Shown here piece by piece: positions 49,990 to 62,300 of a DNA stretch of 64,000 nucleotides. Both the position numbers and the translations under genes were made by a program. The notes under the pieces were generated by a model. The model was given only the letters and a program-made list of their open reading frames with translations. It did no database searches and had not been told where the DNA came from. The stretch comes from Thalia democratica. Its lineage: Eukaryota. Each line of letters starts with the position of its first letter. Within the stretch, counting starts at the first letter, position 1. The stretch is from contig OZ241830.1 in the NCBI GenBank assembly GCA_965202585.1, positions 54,002,001 through 54,066,000 of the forward strand. Reading direction: 5' to 3'.

Positions 49990-50267
49990 TATTAGGCGAA
50001 CTTGGAAACAGTAAACAACCGGAGTCGAACTTGTAGGATCGCATCATTTTACGGACTTCGATGCGGCTCATCCACTTTAGTTATGGTTTTCTGCTGCTAG
50101 ACGCGAGCGGCTCTCTTTCTCTCTCGACGCCATAATACTTTTTTCTCTCTCCAGCCATCATTTGCTAAAACAGTGTTTAAGATGGCGATGACCACTTGCA
50201 CTCTGCTTTAGCTCCGCTCAGTCTGGCCGACTCGTCTACCTGCCTTTCGCATTTTGGAACATGAAAA
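49990..50267 (+). promoter_or_regulatory. Putative BCL11 promoter/5'UTR island
   Basis: GC/CpG-rich island directly upstream of the MSRRKQ ATG; pyrimidine tracts (ctctctttctctctc); YY1-like AAGATGGCG at 50179-50187; two upstream ATGs. Confidence 0.65.
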
Positions 50268-50334
50268 ATGTCGAGACGCAAGCAAGAAAAACCCCAGCAC
50301 GTGTTAACTCCTACTACGGCTACTGATGACAAAG
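50268..50334 (+). CDS. BCL11: BCL11 coding exon 1 (MSRRKQEKPQHVLTPTTATDDK)
   Basis: Not in the ORF track; read directly: atgtcgagacgcaagcaagaaaaaccccagcac; phase-1 gtttgt donor fits the 57291 acceptor. Confidence 0.9.
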
Positions 50335-53300
50335 GTTTGTTTTGTTTTTGAGCCTTATAGTAATTTCTACATGCGTCAGTTTTAACAGGTGTTACTAAAT
50401 AAAAACGTTTACAGCTTCACTTTATTAATATAAAAATGTTATAAAATCGTATTAGAATAAATTAAACTAACATAGTTCTAGGAATAGTTTTTTTATTTTT
50501 TAAATGATAAAAAACTAATTTAAAGTAAAATATTTTTTGTTAAAGTAATAAATAAAAAAACAACAAAATCAACGCGTTTTAAACTAACTAATAAACAAAC
50601 TAAATTAAACTTCAGTTGAAAACTACTAATTTCTTAGATGGAAACGTAAACCTATAATAAACTTTTCTGTATAGAAAAAAAAAGTAAAAGCTAGCTATGA
50701 TTTTCTCTAAAAATAAAATATCCAAATAGTTGATTTTGTTTAAGTATTTGTCAATTAAAGTTGAATAAATTAAACAGCAACATATCACGTGAAACAAGTG
50801 AATTTTTTATGGTGTATTGAAGCTTTGTAGAAAATAAAGTTTTTTAAATGATCTAAAAACTACATTAATTAAGTTTATTTTTTGATAAGTAAACATATTT
50901 TTTAATTAAGTTTACTAATATTATTAGTTATCAATACTAATAAACATTATTTTAAAACAAAAGAAAATTTGTCGAATATTTTGCATTCAATCATGCTTGA
51001 ATATACTATCGCCTCTATGGTCATAGCAATTGAAGCATGTCGTCCGATTGCTATATATACTGACCGCTTTTACCTTATGCTATAAATTTTAAGGTAAAAT
51101 AGTTTTAAAAAATGTGCTGAAGGTAAAAAGTAAGTGTTGCAAAGTTGTTCTAATAGATAAACAATAGTTTTTCTTGCGAATCTTTTAAATATTTAAGACT
51201 AAATCTTTAGCACTATATACAATGCAACTTTAAAAATATACAAACGTAAAAAGTGCTTACGAAGTACTAAAGTAGCTTGAAAGGGTTAAGATGAAAACAG
51301 TGCAATAAAATTTAATAGTTCGTAAAAATTAAAATTAAGGTGCGTATAAGCAAGAATAAGCGTGTATATCCTCTAAAACTTTGAAAATCGAATGGACTTT
51401 GTACAAAAACCTTATTTTTGTTTTCCAATTTGTTTTTTTTTTTGGAAAATTTGTTTAAAGAATATATTTCGTCAAATTTAAGTATGCTAAAAGAAACGAA
51501 AAGTCTAAATCTGTTTATTTTTTTAGAATCCATTTACTTATGTAGTCAACTATATAATTTTAGATAACTTGTTTAAATTTTTATTAAAAACGATTATATC
51601 ATTATTTTAAACTTTTAATTCAAAAAGTAACTGATGGGTTTCAAGTACTGACTGGTCAAAGCAATAAAAAATAGTTAAAACAAACAAGACTTGTTCTTAC
51701 ACATAATTTTAAATGCTTTTAAATAGCTATAGAAATAAAATATACTTTGCAATACCTTATAATAAACTATAAAACAAACTCTTCATTTGTTTTCGTTTAA
51801 AAACAAATTGTTTAAAAGAAGAAAAAAAGAGAGTACTTGTAAAACTAATTAACAGTTTGTAAACGTTAAAAGAAAATAAAGTTTATACAAAATTAAAGTA
51901 TTGTACTGCAAAAAAATGTATATACATGTAATTTTAGTAAAACTAAAATTTTTTAGACGCCATTCGAAAAAAAAGCATGTTTTTTGTGTTATCCGGACAA
52001 AAATTATTTTTTGAATTAAAGTTTTGAATAAATATAAAAAAAAAAAAGTCTTACATAAAAGTTAATTATTGTACTATTTTTTGCTTCGCTTTAACTTACA
52101 TAGATTATATTGTTTATCTATCTAATTTAAGATCAATGCTTGAAACTCTTGTTATAAAAATATTCATTAAAATTAATTTGCATGAAAAAACTTTATGCAG
52201 CCTGAAAGTCTACAATCATTTTCCCTTTAAGGTTAAAATTAGAGTTTTGTGTTCTTTATCTTAAGTGCATACCTCTTTTGAGTCTCAATTTCTGCTGTAC
52301 TACAAGTAGTTTATGAAGGCCATGACATCAGTTTCTATTGCCAAGTGTATATTTTTAAGAGCTAGTTTTAAGCATCAATTAAGCTCGCTAATGAGTTTTG
52401 GGTTAAGATTTAAAAACAACTTGCTGAGAGGTAAGTGCTAAACATCCAACCTTATTTTAAAACATAATTATCGTTTTATCCTAAATGAAAGTTAAAAAGT
52501 TTTTATGGACTAAAGAACGAGTTTTTTTCTTTAACTTAAAAAGGTTTTTTAAATTTAAACTGTGTTTATTTAAATTATGACTAATCTTAAGACTGGATAG
52601 TTGTTGTTGTATGTAGTTAAGTTTTTAAACCTAAACAACTTACCAACCGTGTTTAGAACTTAAAAGTAACATTTCAAGTATAAGTTAAATGTTTACTCAA
52701 TGAAAAATAGTATGAGTGGTAATCACGATAAAATCGCTTTATTAGATTTAATCTATCCAATGCTTTCCTTAACGATCTGAACTGAAAAACGAGCGATGAA
52801 AAGTTGATTGAATATGTTTAAAAATAAGAAATTTCGCACGGATAGCTGAATGTGGTGAAAAATTTTCTAAGGTAGAACGCTTCGAGGCAAAATATTGATG
52901 ATTACGCTGCTGCTGGACTGCACAGTAGCCAATCCATTATCACGTCATAGCGGAGCTCGATACACACGCAGCTAGTTTTTCAAGTCTTCGCGAGCGATAG
53001 TCTTGACAGACAATTTAATAAGCGCTGATGTGCCAGAAATGCAGCCGAGCGACTATCTTATTAAAAATCAATTTGATGTTCTATGTGTGTAGTTGCAAAA
53101 AAAGTTTTATTTAAATTCTTTAATTAATGTTAAAATAACAAAAGCACGAGGCATTTTTGAGTAATCCATAATTGTGGCAGAACAATACTTTGTATAAACT
53201 GTTTATCTACAAACTAACAAAAAAGTTTTTTTTTTTCATTTGAAAGAACGCAACTTATACACTTAGTTTAAATGAAAAATGTTGACTAAAATTTAGTTAA

Positions 53301-56300
53301 ATAATAAATATCGCGATATATAGTAGATTTGATGAGAAATATTAAATAGTTTGAGTTGTAACAGTTAATTTTTTTTAGTACTGTTAAAAGTTATTGTAAA
53401 ACTATTTGTACTTACTAAATAAGCTAATTTTTTTGATTAAATTGATAAAATTTTCGCATCTCAAATAAGCCCAATACATACTTAAAGTATAAATATAAAG
53501 ATATAATACAAACAAAACACAATCACAATGTGTTTTTATAATGTTAAATTAGAAATGTTTTAAAGGAAAGTAAATATAAAATAAAGCTATAATATGCATA
53601 TTTAAAAACTCAAAATAGGTTTTTCTAAAAGCGTAAACTTAACTTTGAATAAAAGTTACAATTTTTTTTATAAATAATAAAATAAAAATATGTTACTCAG
53701 GTGAAAACAGGTTTAATTGAGGTTAAAAAGTCAAACTTTAATCAAATAGGCCAAACAATTAAAACATATTAAACATATAGTTGAAACATTCAAACTAAAA
53801 ATTCAACTATTTTAAATTTATTTTGAATAAAACAAGACAATGCGATTAACACAATACCTTATAAAAAAGATATGCTAAGTTTATAAGTTTGTAACACATC
53901 AATATATTTACCAGGGTGCAGAACTATTCAAGTTCGGACAATTCAAATTCTTAGTAAAAAATTGAAACAGCTAAATATAATAAAAATAAAAATTGATATA
54001 AATTTTTATAAAATAAAAAATGCATATGTAAATCATGTTATTATCAACAGGCCATTTTTTTCTTTTTGCAAAAAAAATAAATATTCTTTGAGATATGGCT
54101 TAATTAAAGTAAAAAATTTAGTCATTTTTAGAAATTTTAAAATATATTGTAAAATGTTTTAGATTTTCAAAAAAGATAAAAGTGGCTTGTATAAATTAAT
54201 AAGATCTACATACGCATTTTTTATTTTTTTCAAAATTATATTACTTTTTGAGGTATAGTCTTTTAAATATTTTTTTTTAGAATTTGAATTGTCGGAATTT
54301 GAGTTGTCCGAATTTGAATTGTCATGTAACCATTTACCAGTTAAAAATTTTTACCTAATATTATTCTTTAGTGAAATGGTTGATAAGTATTTTATAAAAT
54401 CCTCTTAATTCTATGTGTCTCTTAAATTTTATTAAAATTATCATTTTTAAACAAAGTTGTTTATTTAAAAAGTTAGAATAGCCAGTTGCATAATGTATAT
54501 TTAAAAATAATTTATAATGGTTTCCGTAACATAAATCAATAACTTTTTTTTTGGTATATCAGCTTGTTTATATAGCTTTAAACTTTTTACAATTTAATAA
54601 TTGTTTTACTCTAGCTTTTCACTGGTTTTTATTCTAACACAACATTTTGGTTTGATATCAACAATACAGAAACCAATAATATTACATATAAGAATAAAGA
54701 TTAAACTTAAAAAAAATTTTTATTAAGTTTATAAACTACATGAAGCCTTAAAAACAACTTACATGACCCTTTAGTTGATTGTTTTTCTCAAAAATATACC
54801 AGCAAATTTTATAATTCCCAAGTTTTATATAAGAAAGACTTAAACGGATTAAACAAATGAGCTAGTAGCAGAAATATATTTTAAACTATTTTAAATCCAT
54901 AGATAAAACGGAGTAAAACCCTTTAAGAAAGAGTTATAAAACTCAAAGCCATTTAATTTGCATAGCTAAAGCTGAGTATTGCTATTGTGAAAGTAGTTTT
55001 ATTTATTACAAGCTTTTTCTCTTTTTATTCTCTCGGTCAATTTTTGTGTGATTTGTGATATATTTCTTTAATTTCTGTCATGCGAATTGAATAAACAAAG
55101 GATTCAAAGTTCTTCCAAAAGTCGTAAAAATCTATTAAAATAAAAATTATATTATCTTAATTAACTTTTAATTACACAGTTAAAATAATTCTGATAGACG
55201 TTTTTTATAAAACGATGAAAAATAATGTATTAAAAATGTTTTTCAATAGTTTTTTTTTTCTACTGTTGTTTTTTTTCTTAAGTATATTTCAAATACATAA
55301 AAAAACATTATATTTTTTTAGTTATTTAATTTTAAACTAAAAAAATAATACACCAACAAAGTAAAATAATTTTCAATGTAACTATCTAGGTTTTTATTTA
55401 AGTTAAATTTAAACTTATCGACTAGCGTATACTACTAATTGAGTTTTTTAAACTTAAAGTATAAACAATAAATATTAGCTGTACTTTTTCAATAAACACT
55501 TGAGATAATAAAGCTCCAAAAAATTAGCATAACACAGTGAAAAACTAAAACTACTTACAATACATTTTTACTGCTAACAGAAATTAATAAAAAAATAATA
55601 ATTTTTTTGATTAATCTAGTTTATAAAACTTTTTGTGCATAATAAAACTGAAATCCTTTTTTTTTTGAGGATATTTAACTATTAAACTTTAGACAATACA
55701 AAATGACACATCTATCCCAAGTTAATAAGCAAAAACGTAAGTACTATTTAAAATGAAAGTTTTTATTTAGAAACCGAGCTACAATCTAAAAAATTCGTCT
55801 TTAACTTTTAGCGACAAATGATAAATGTGCATGCAGGTGTCTAAAATATGTAAAGTTTTAAAATACTACACAACTAAAGCATACATTTGAACTATCTCAA
55901 ATCAACTAACTTGTACGTCGAGTGTTTTTTCGCTCTACTTTAATGTTTGTATTGCGTTGTGTTTATACTTTTTTAATTGAAATGACATTTAAAGTTCCGT
56001 GAACTAAAATCTTCAAAAAATTTTAAGAAGCAACGTCTCAAAAAGTGTTAAATTCTAAAATAATACCTATATAGGTCTAAATGATAAGATTATGATCGGA
56101 ACAAAAAAAAATATATATAGAAAATAAAAAGTTACTAAGAATTGGTGTTTTTAGTAAGTTAAAAAACTTGTTTTAACTGTATCTAAAAAAAATTTAAAAT
56201 CTTATGTAGGTCAAAGTAATATGATTATGATAATAAATTATTTTGTTTTTTAACATTTATTTTAAACAAATTAGCAATAAAGAAGAATTATTAAAATTTG

Positions 56301-59300
56301 AGCTGTTTGAATTTGGACAGGTCAATGTTTACTTTACGACATTTGTGTGTTTTCTAGCCCCACATGCGCAAACAATAAAACAATTACTCATCAAAAACAC
56401 TGTTCGGTGTATTTTTTGTCATTTAATAGCAAATTTCATTACTTAGCATTTTAATGCGTTTTGAAATTATTTAAAAAATATTTTGGTTTGTGTTTAGACT
56501 AATCAAAAGCATTTGTAAAAAACCTACGTTTTATTGAATAACGGTGTGTTATATAATTTGTAACTCTAAAAGTTGTAGACAAAGCAAATAGGCTTAATAT
56601 ATAAACACTTTTTAGCTTATAATTAGGTTTAACGTCAAGTAACTTTACAAGTTAGTCTAGAAGTTAGTTTTTAGATGCACGGTAAGAAGCCGTCGTCTAC
56701 TATACAAACTTATCAACAACTTGAGCTTAAAAAAGTAGTTTTACCTTCAAAGAAGATAAAAAAGACTGCTGATTTATATGTAGATGAGTGTTTTTTATCT
56801 TATGGACAGTACTATCGCGAAGCACAAAGTTGTATCATAAACTGCATTTAGTTTTTTAAAGTAGTTTTCCAGTAAAATATGCCTAGAGATAAACTAGGGT
56901 TTAGAAGTATTCATGAAGTTAATTTGAACAAAATACCTTCCGAAACATACCAACTTAGTAGAGATGATATATGTTTAAACCATAACCATACAAAGACAAG
57001 TAAAAATGATATGATGAAAGCTTCCACTGCTTTTTGTGTTCCTGATAGCCAAACTAAATCCGCCTTTTCCTTAAATATGAAATATTTAAACAAAAACAAT
57101 TATTTAAGTGAGTTAATTTTAAGAGAACACGTCATGAAATAACTTGCTACATTTCAAATTTGTGCGTTTGGTTTTTAGTTCAAAATAAAAGTGGATATTT
57201 TACGTTGTAATTTTTTTAGATTTCGAATCAAACTTAACTTTTAATAACTATGGCAATTAGATTTTTAAACAGTCTGAAAAATGTTTTCAGGTATCGATGG
57301 TCTACGACAGAATAGTAAGACTTTTAGACAGATTCCGGAAGGAGAAGACTTTATAACATGTGGAAGTTGCCAATCTAAATTTGCACTTTCTGAATTTGCA
57401 ACATTCGTTTCGGTTGGTTTAAATATATATTTAATCTTAACTTTCAATTACGTGTATATATATATAATAAATAGTGAATTTTCTTTAGTAGAATAAAGTT
57501 TTCGTAAAACAGTTTGTTTAAAATACGCATTTTATATAGGTTTTACAAACTAGTTAAAACTTAGCATGGATTTGTTTAGATATTAGGAATTTTTGTAAAC
57601 TACATAAATTTTTGTAAAAACAGTGGACAATAGTTAAGTTTTAAGTTAACTTTTATTCTTAACTATGAAACTAACTATATTTTTGCTGAATTTTAAGTAT
57701 AAGCTGTTATTATATAGTTGAAATAAGTTATAGAATGTTGTAGATTTTTTTTATAACAATCAAGTTACAAAAAATTATAACATATCGTATATTTTCTCGA
57801 GATAAAAGCTTTATTTGTCAATTTATTTGTGTAGGTACAATTTTAAAATAAACAAATCTTTAAGTACAACTTGTGTCCCACCTGGTTTCTTGTAATCACT
57901 TTAAACTACTAAAATGATCAAAAGTGCTTATTACTTACTTTTGTGTATTAGCCATCACAGTTGCGCTCGCAAGTACACACCTGAGCTGGCTTTGCAATGG
58001 ATACTGTAAATTACTTTGTAGATATTTTTCTTACCAAAGTATATATAATTTATGTCTAAAAATATAAAATTATCCTATTTGCGGACACGTTTGACTGTAC
58101 TTTTTAAGTTTAAGGTTTGTATCACCATTTGTCGAGCACATAAACTTAAAAAACAGTTAAAGTTATTTGGTTTCAATGTTACTAAACAGCTTTGTTTTTG
58201 TATATATATTGATTAATAACTTAAAAAGAATATTGTATGTCATTATCCATTAGAATTTAAAATTTTCCACAAAAGTGTAGCAGATAAGTATATTAAAAGA
58301 TATTTATTTTAAAAAACATAATTAAGCTAAATTAAAATTGTTGATATTATAAAATTATTATTTATGCATAATAAATATTTACTCTTTATTAATATATATT
58401 CTATACAACATAAAAATTACAAAAAAAAATTGAAGCGAGCCGTGCTGCCATTTTTTTCGTACCAAGGGTCAGTACTTTAAAATAAACTTAAGTTTGTTGA
58501 ATATTGATTTTTGAAATTCGAACATATTTATTTTTTAAAATATTTACCAATTTAAAGTATAATTTGTCTTTATTTATAAACAAATTTATTAAGTTTAATA
58601 GAAATTTCAAGTGTGTAAAAGAAAAAAGTCTTTAGAAAGAGCAAAACAAATTAAAATATTGTTTTTCGAAAAGAAAAGTTACTGAAATATTCAAGCGAGT
58701 CTGTTGATAAAAACACTTATCTAATAGATAAAATTAATTGATATGTTTTAAAATCTGATTTAAACTAATACTGAATATTTTAAAAAAAAGTATATATACA
58801 TTAAAAAAAAACACGTTTTACTTAGCACAAGAAAGAGTGTGAATTTGCTAATAACGAAGTCAGTAACTTGATGGCTCAGCCTCCAAGCATGCTCAAAAAG
58901 AAACGGATTCTTTTCAACCAATCAATTCACAATGGTTGCACAGATGTAAGCGACGATAGCAACCAATCTGAGATTTCTACGAGTTGCGACATGAAAGCTT
59001 TAGATTTGGAAAAAAGTTAGTTTTCAAAAACTTATTATTTCTCTTGTTAAAAAAACAACCGATGATGTTAAAATAAAAAAAACTAATAAAAGACCCTTTA
59101 CAAAAATGACCTACTCAAATATTGAAGCTTAAAAGATGTTTTTTTTTTTTGAGTTTGTTTAATCTTGCCTATTTAAAATTATATAAATGTACATCACATT
59201 GTTTAATTCGATTAGCTCAACAAGCTTAACGAAATCTTGCTGCCCTAAGTATAATAAATTAACTCCTGACGAACAGAGACATTTTTATTGACTTTCTTAA

Positions 59301-62300
59301 GTTTTGGTATTTGAACTACTTGAGTTTCGCGATGTGGGATAAACTGTTCGCCACTTGACTTACCAAGTCGAAGGAGTAGTTTATTTTGATAAATTTGAAT
59401 TCGTTTGCAAGTACATACTACGGTCGCGAGAGAGATAGTTCAAGTGTCTAGTTTAAACATAAAAATGTTTATCTTAAATTTGAGTCAATTAAATTCTACT
59501 TTGTTTGAAATTTTCGAAATAACTCGTTGTGCTTTTTTTCAGTGGAGCAATTGAGATTAAGACAATAGTATAGTGCTGTCTTAAATAGCCTATAATATGC
59601 TTAAAAAACACGATTTTCCTTAAATACTTAATGTTAAAAAAAAAAACAATTACAAAACAATTATCTTATTTAGAGCACTAGTTTTAGCAAGAAACTTATA
59701 AACGATAAATCTAAACTTTCGAATGTTTTCTGTGTTAGCATTGATTTACTTTTTTAAGTACAATTTAAAAATTTTAGTTTTGTTAAACCATTTGTATAAA
59801 ATCGTTTTAAATTGTACTGTACAAATTAGTTCTTTGTAAACTTTTCGACTATCTTTATAAAATATAATTTTATTTTAGCCTTTTAATGCTTAAGGAGGTT
59901 GTTTTCTGAATCTATTCGTTTTATTATAGTTTACTTATAAGAAGCTTAATAAAAACAAAACTCTTTATTAGCTTGATTAAGATAGAAAAACTTATTTTAT
60001 TACAACTGAATTTTATAAATTAAACTAAAAATGTTGTATTGTACTCATTTTAGAAGTAACTATTTTATTTATTTAGTAGTACCGATTTAAATTTTATTTC
60101 TATGCGATGTTTCTTAAGTCTTACTTGATGAATAAATAAATAAAATACATTTATATTTATACTTCAGCTCTTATAGAGTTATAAAACAGCTATTTTGCGA
60201 ATTCAGTATAAAGTTTTATATAAAAAAATACTTACAAAACATTACATTGTAAATAAAATTTCAAAGTTAAATAGATAATGAGCAAGAAGTTATTATAGAA
60301 ATAGTATAAATAATTTTAATAAACGGTGTTAAAATAAATAACAAAGTTTAAAAAAAAAATATTTCAAAGCAATTTTTTGTTCTACTACTATAAAAAACCG
60401 TTTGGTCTAAGTTTAACTTTTATCAATAAACATTAATACGCTGTTTGTTTAAAAAAAAATGTATATGCAAGGTCATGCATAACAATGATAAACATACATG
60501 CTTGCTTTGTAGCGCTTCCACACACACACACTCGCACACAGAAGCTGCACAACAATCAACAAACACGCAAGAGAAAAAATTGCGCTTGAAATTTCGCGAC
60601 TTGTCGTCTGCTCCAGCTGACATTGCCATCTCGCTTTGTTTTAGACGAGCGTTCGATGCTGGTCATCGCGTGACGCGCTCGACTGATCATCGCTTCCTTG
60701 TCGTCTGAGAAATTAATAAGTCGCCCCTTTACTACGTGCGCCTCGCACGCCCGTGCTTCCTAGACTACGTCGAAAGTTATAGGGCTGCCGACGAATAGCA
60801 AAGTTGAAGCTAGTCGCTGTTAGTGATGTTTGAATTTTTGTTTTAGATTGACGACCGAGGCTATTTTTAGCATTTCAAATACATCGAAATTTAGTTTAGT
60901 TAATCTTTATACGAGCGTTTTATAATTGGTATTCGTACTATTCATAAATGCTCAACCTTAGCGGATACGTTTTTAAGCCTCTTTAGCAACTATATTTTAG
61001 TTGAATTTTAAGTTGTGTTTATTATTATAAATTGTATACATAATTATCTTAACAAAAACGTTATTTTTAACTTATTAGTTTTACGTACATAAAATTTGAG
61101 TAAAATTTTAAGTTTAGTTAACGTATAGTTGTAATGGAAAATATATTAAGAGATTTATTTAGGAATAAAACTTTACTGAAATTATTGTTTTTTTTTTCAA
61201 TGTTAAAATTTTGTAAAATTACAAATTATATTTTTATATCTTATAACATTAGCATTAACATACATACTAAATAAAAAATAAACAAGTATGTCCACAACCA
61301 GCTTTTATTATAATTTTTTAAAAGGATTTTTAAATTTCATTGGTTGTAATTGAAACTTTATTTTTTAGAAAATGAAGAATCAGCAGTTTTTAAAGAAGGA
61401 TCAGCATCTGATTACATCAAAAAGATTAAACAAAATTTAAGTTTGAATGGTGAAGCTAACAATAAACAAGAATTAAGTTTCAATCTTAGCGAAAACAACA
61501 GCGTTCACCAAACTTCAAAGTAGTCAAAAAAATTATAATAGGTGTTCATGATTATTAAAAAAAATATTTTCTTGTTGGTGTTACGTTCATTCAAATTATT
61601 ACTAACTTTTTTAATAAACGCATTAATAATCTAATTTTTGTAAGATTTAATATTAAAACTTAGTACGTTTCTTTTTTTAAGCACTAATTAAAAGTACTTT
61701 ATTTTTTCAGGGAATTCAACAATTCTTTGCCCTCATTGGTGCTTAAAAACTCGTTACTTGACAAATACAATTCTGAAACTTTCGATAGCATGAACACTCT
61801 TGAAAATAAAAGTCTTACAAACTTATGCGATGAAGCTAAAACAGTCAATACCTCTTCAAAAAAATACCAAAATACAGAAAATAAAAATGGAGTCGCAACA
61901 ACAAACCAGCAAATAGCACTGTTAAACCTTTTAAACTCGACGGTATTGCGGTCAACTGGAGGACAGGAAAATAATATTTTTTCAAACTGTGACCCGATCA
62001 CAATGTCGCAGTTGATGATAGGTCGCAGTTTTGATCCGTTGCAACTTGCACATCAAGAAAACATGTTTTCAAAGTTTTACAACTTAAAGGCTACTGCGAA
62101 AACAAAGCAAGTAGCTTACAGTTCGGATAGCGAGATTAAGTCAGCGGATGACGTCAACAATCCAAATATGTTGATAACGTCATCGCAAAACAAGCCAAGT
62201 AACGTGACTTTAGGTCATCATCAACTGATTGTAAATGGGACAGGCTATAGTGAAAAGCTTAAACAGTTGGCTAATGGCATCAACAGTGAAAAAAGCGGAA

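Noticed and set aside
52895-53030. TGATGA...CTGA with rRNA-antisense-like ATTACGCTGCTGCTGG, possible C/D snoRNA
   Set aside because: Complementarity is gapped, not adjacent to a D/D' box, and the terminal stem is weak
58040-58480. Solo TA/CAGTCAAAC and TTAA/AG ends resembling Tc1-mariner and Kolobok termini
   Set aside because: No partner TIR found nearby; too little to annotate
60445-60708. 87-aa ORF in the BCL11 intron
   Set aside because: No flanking splice sites in a usable phase and no motif; open frame explained by GC content
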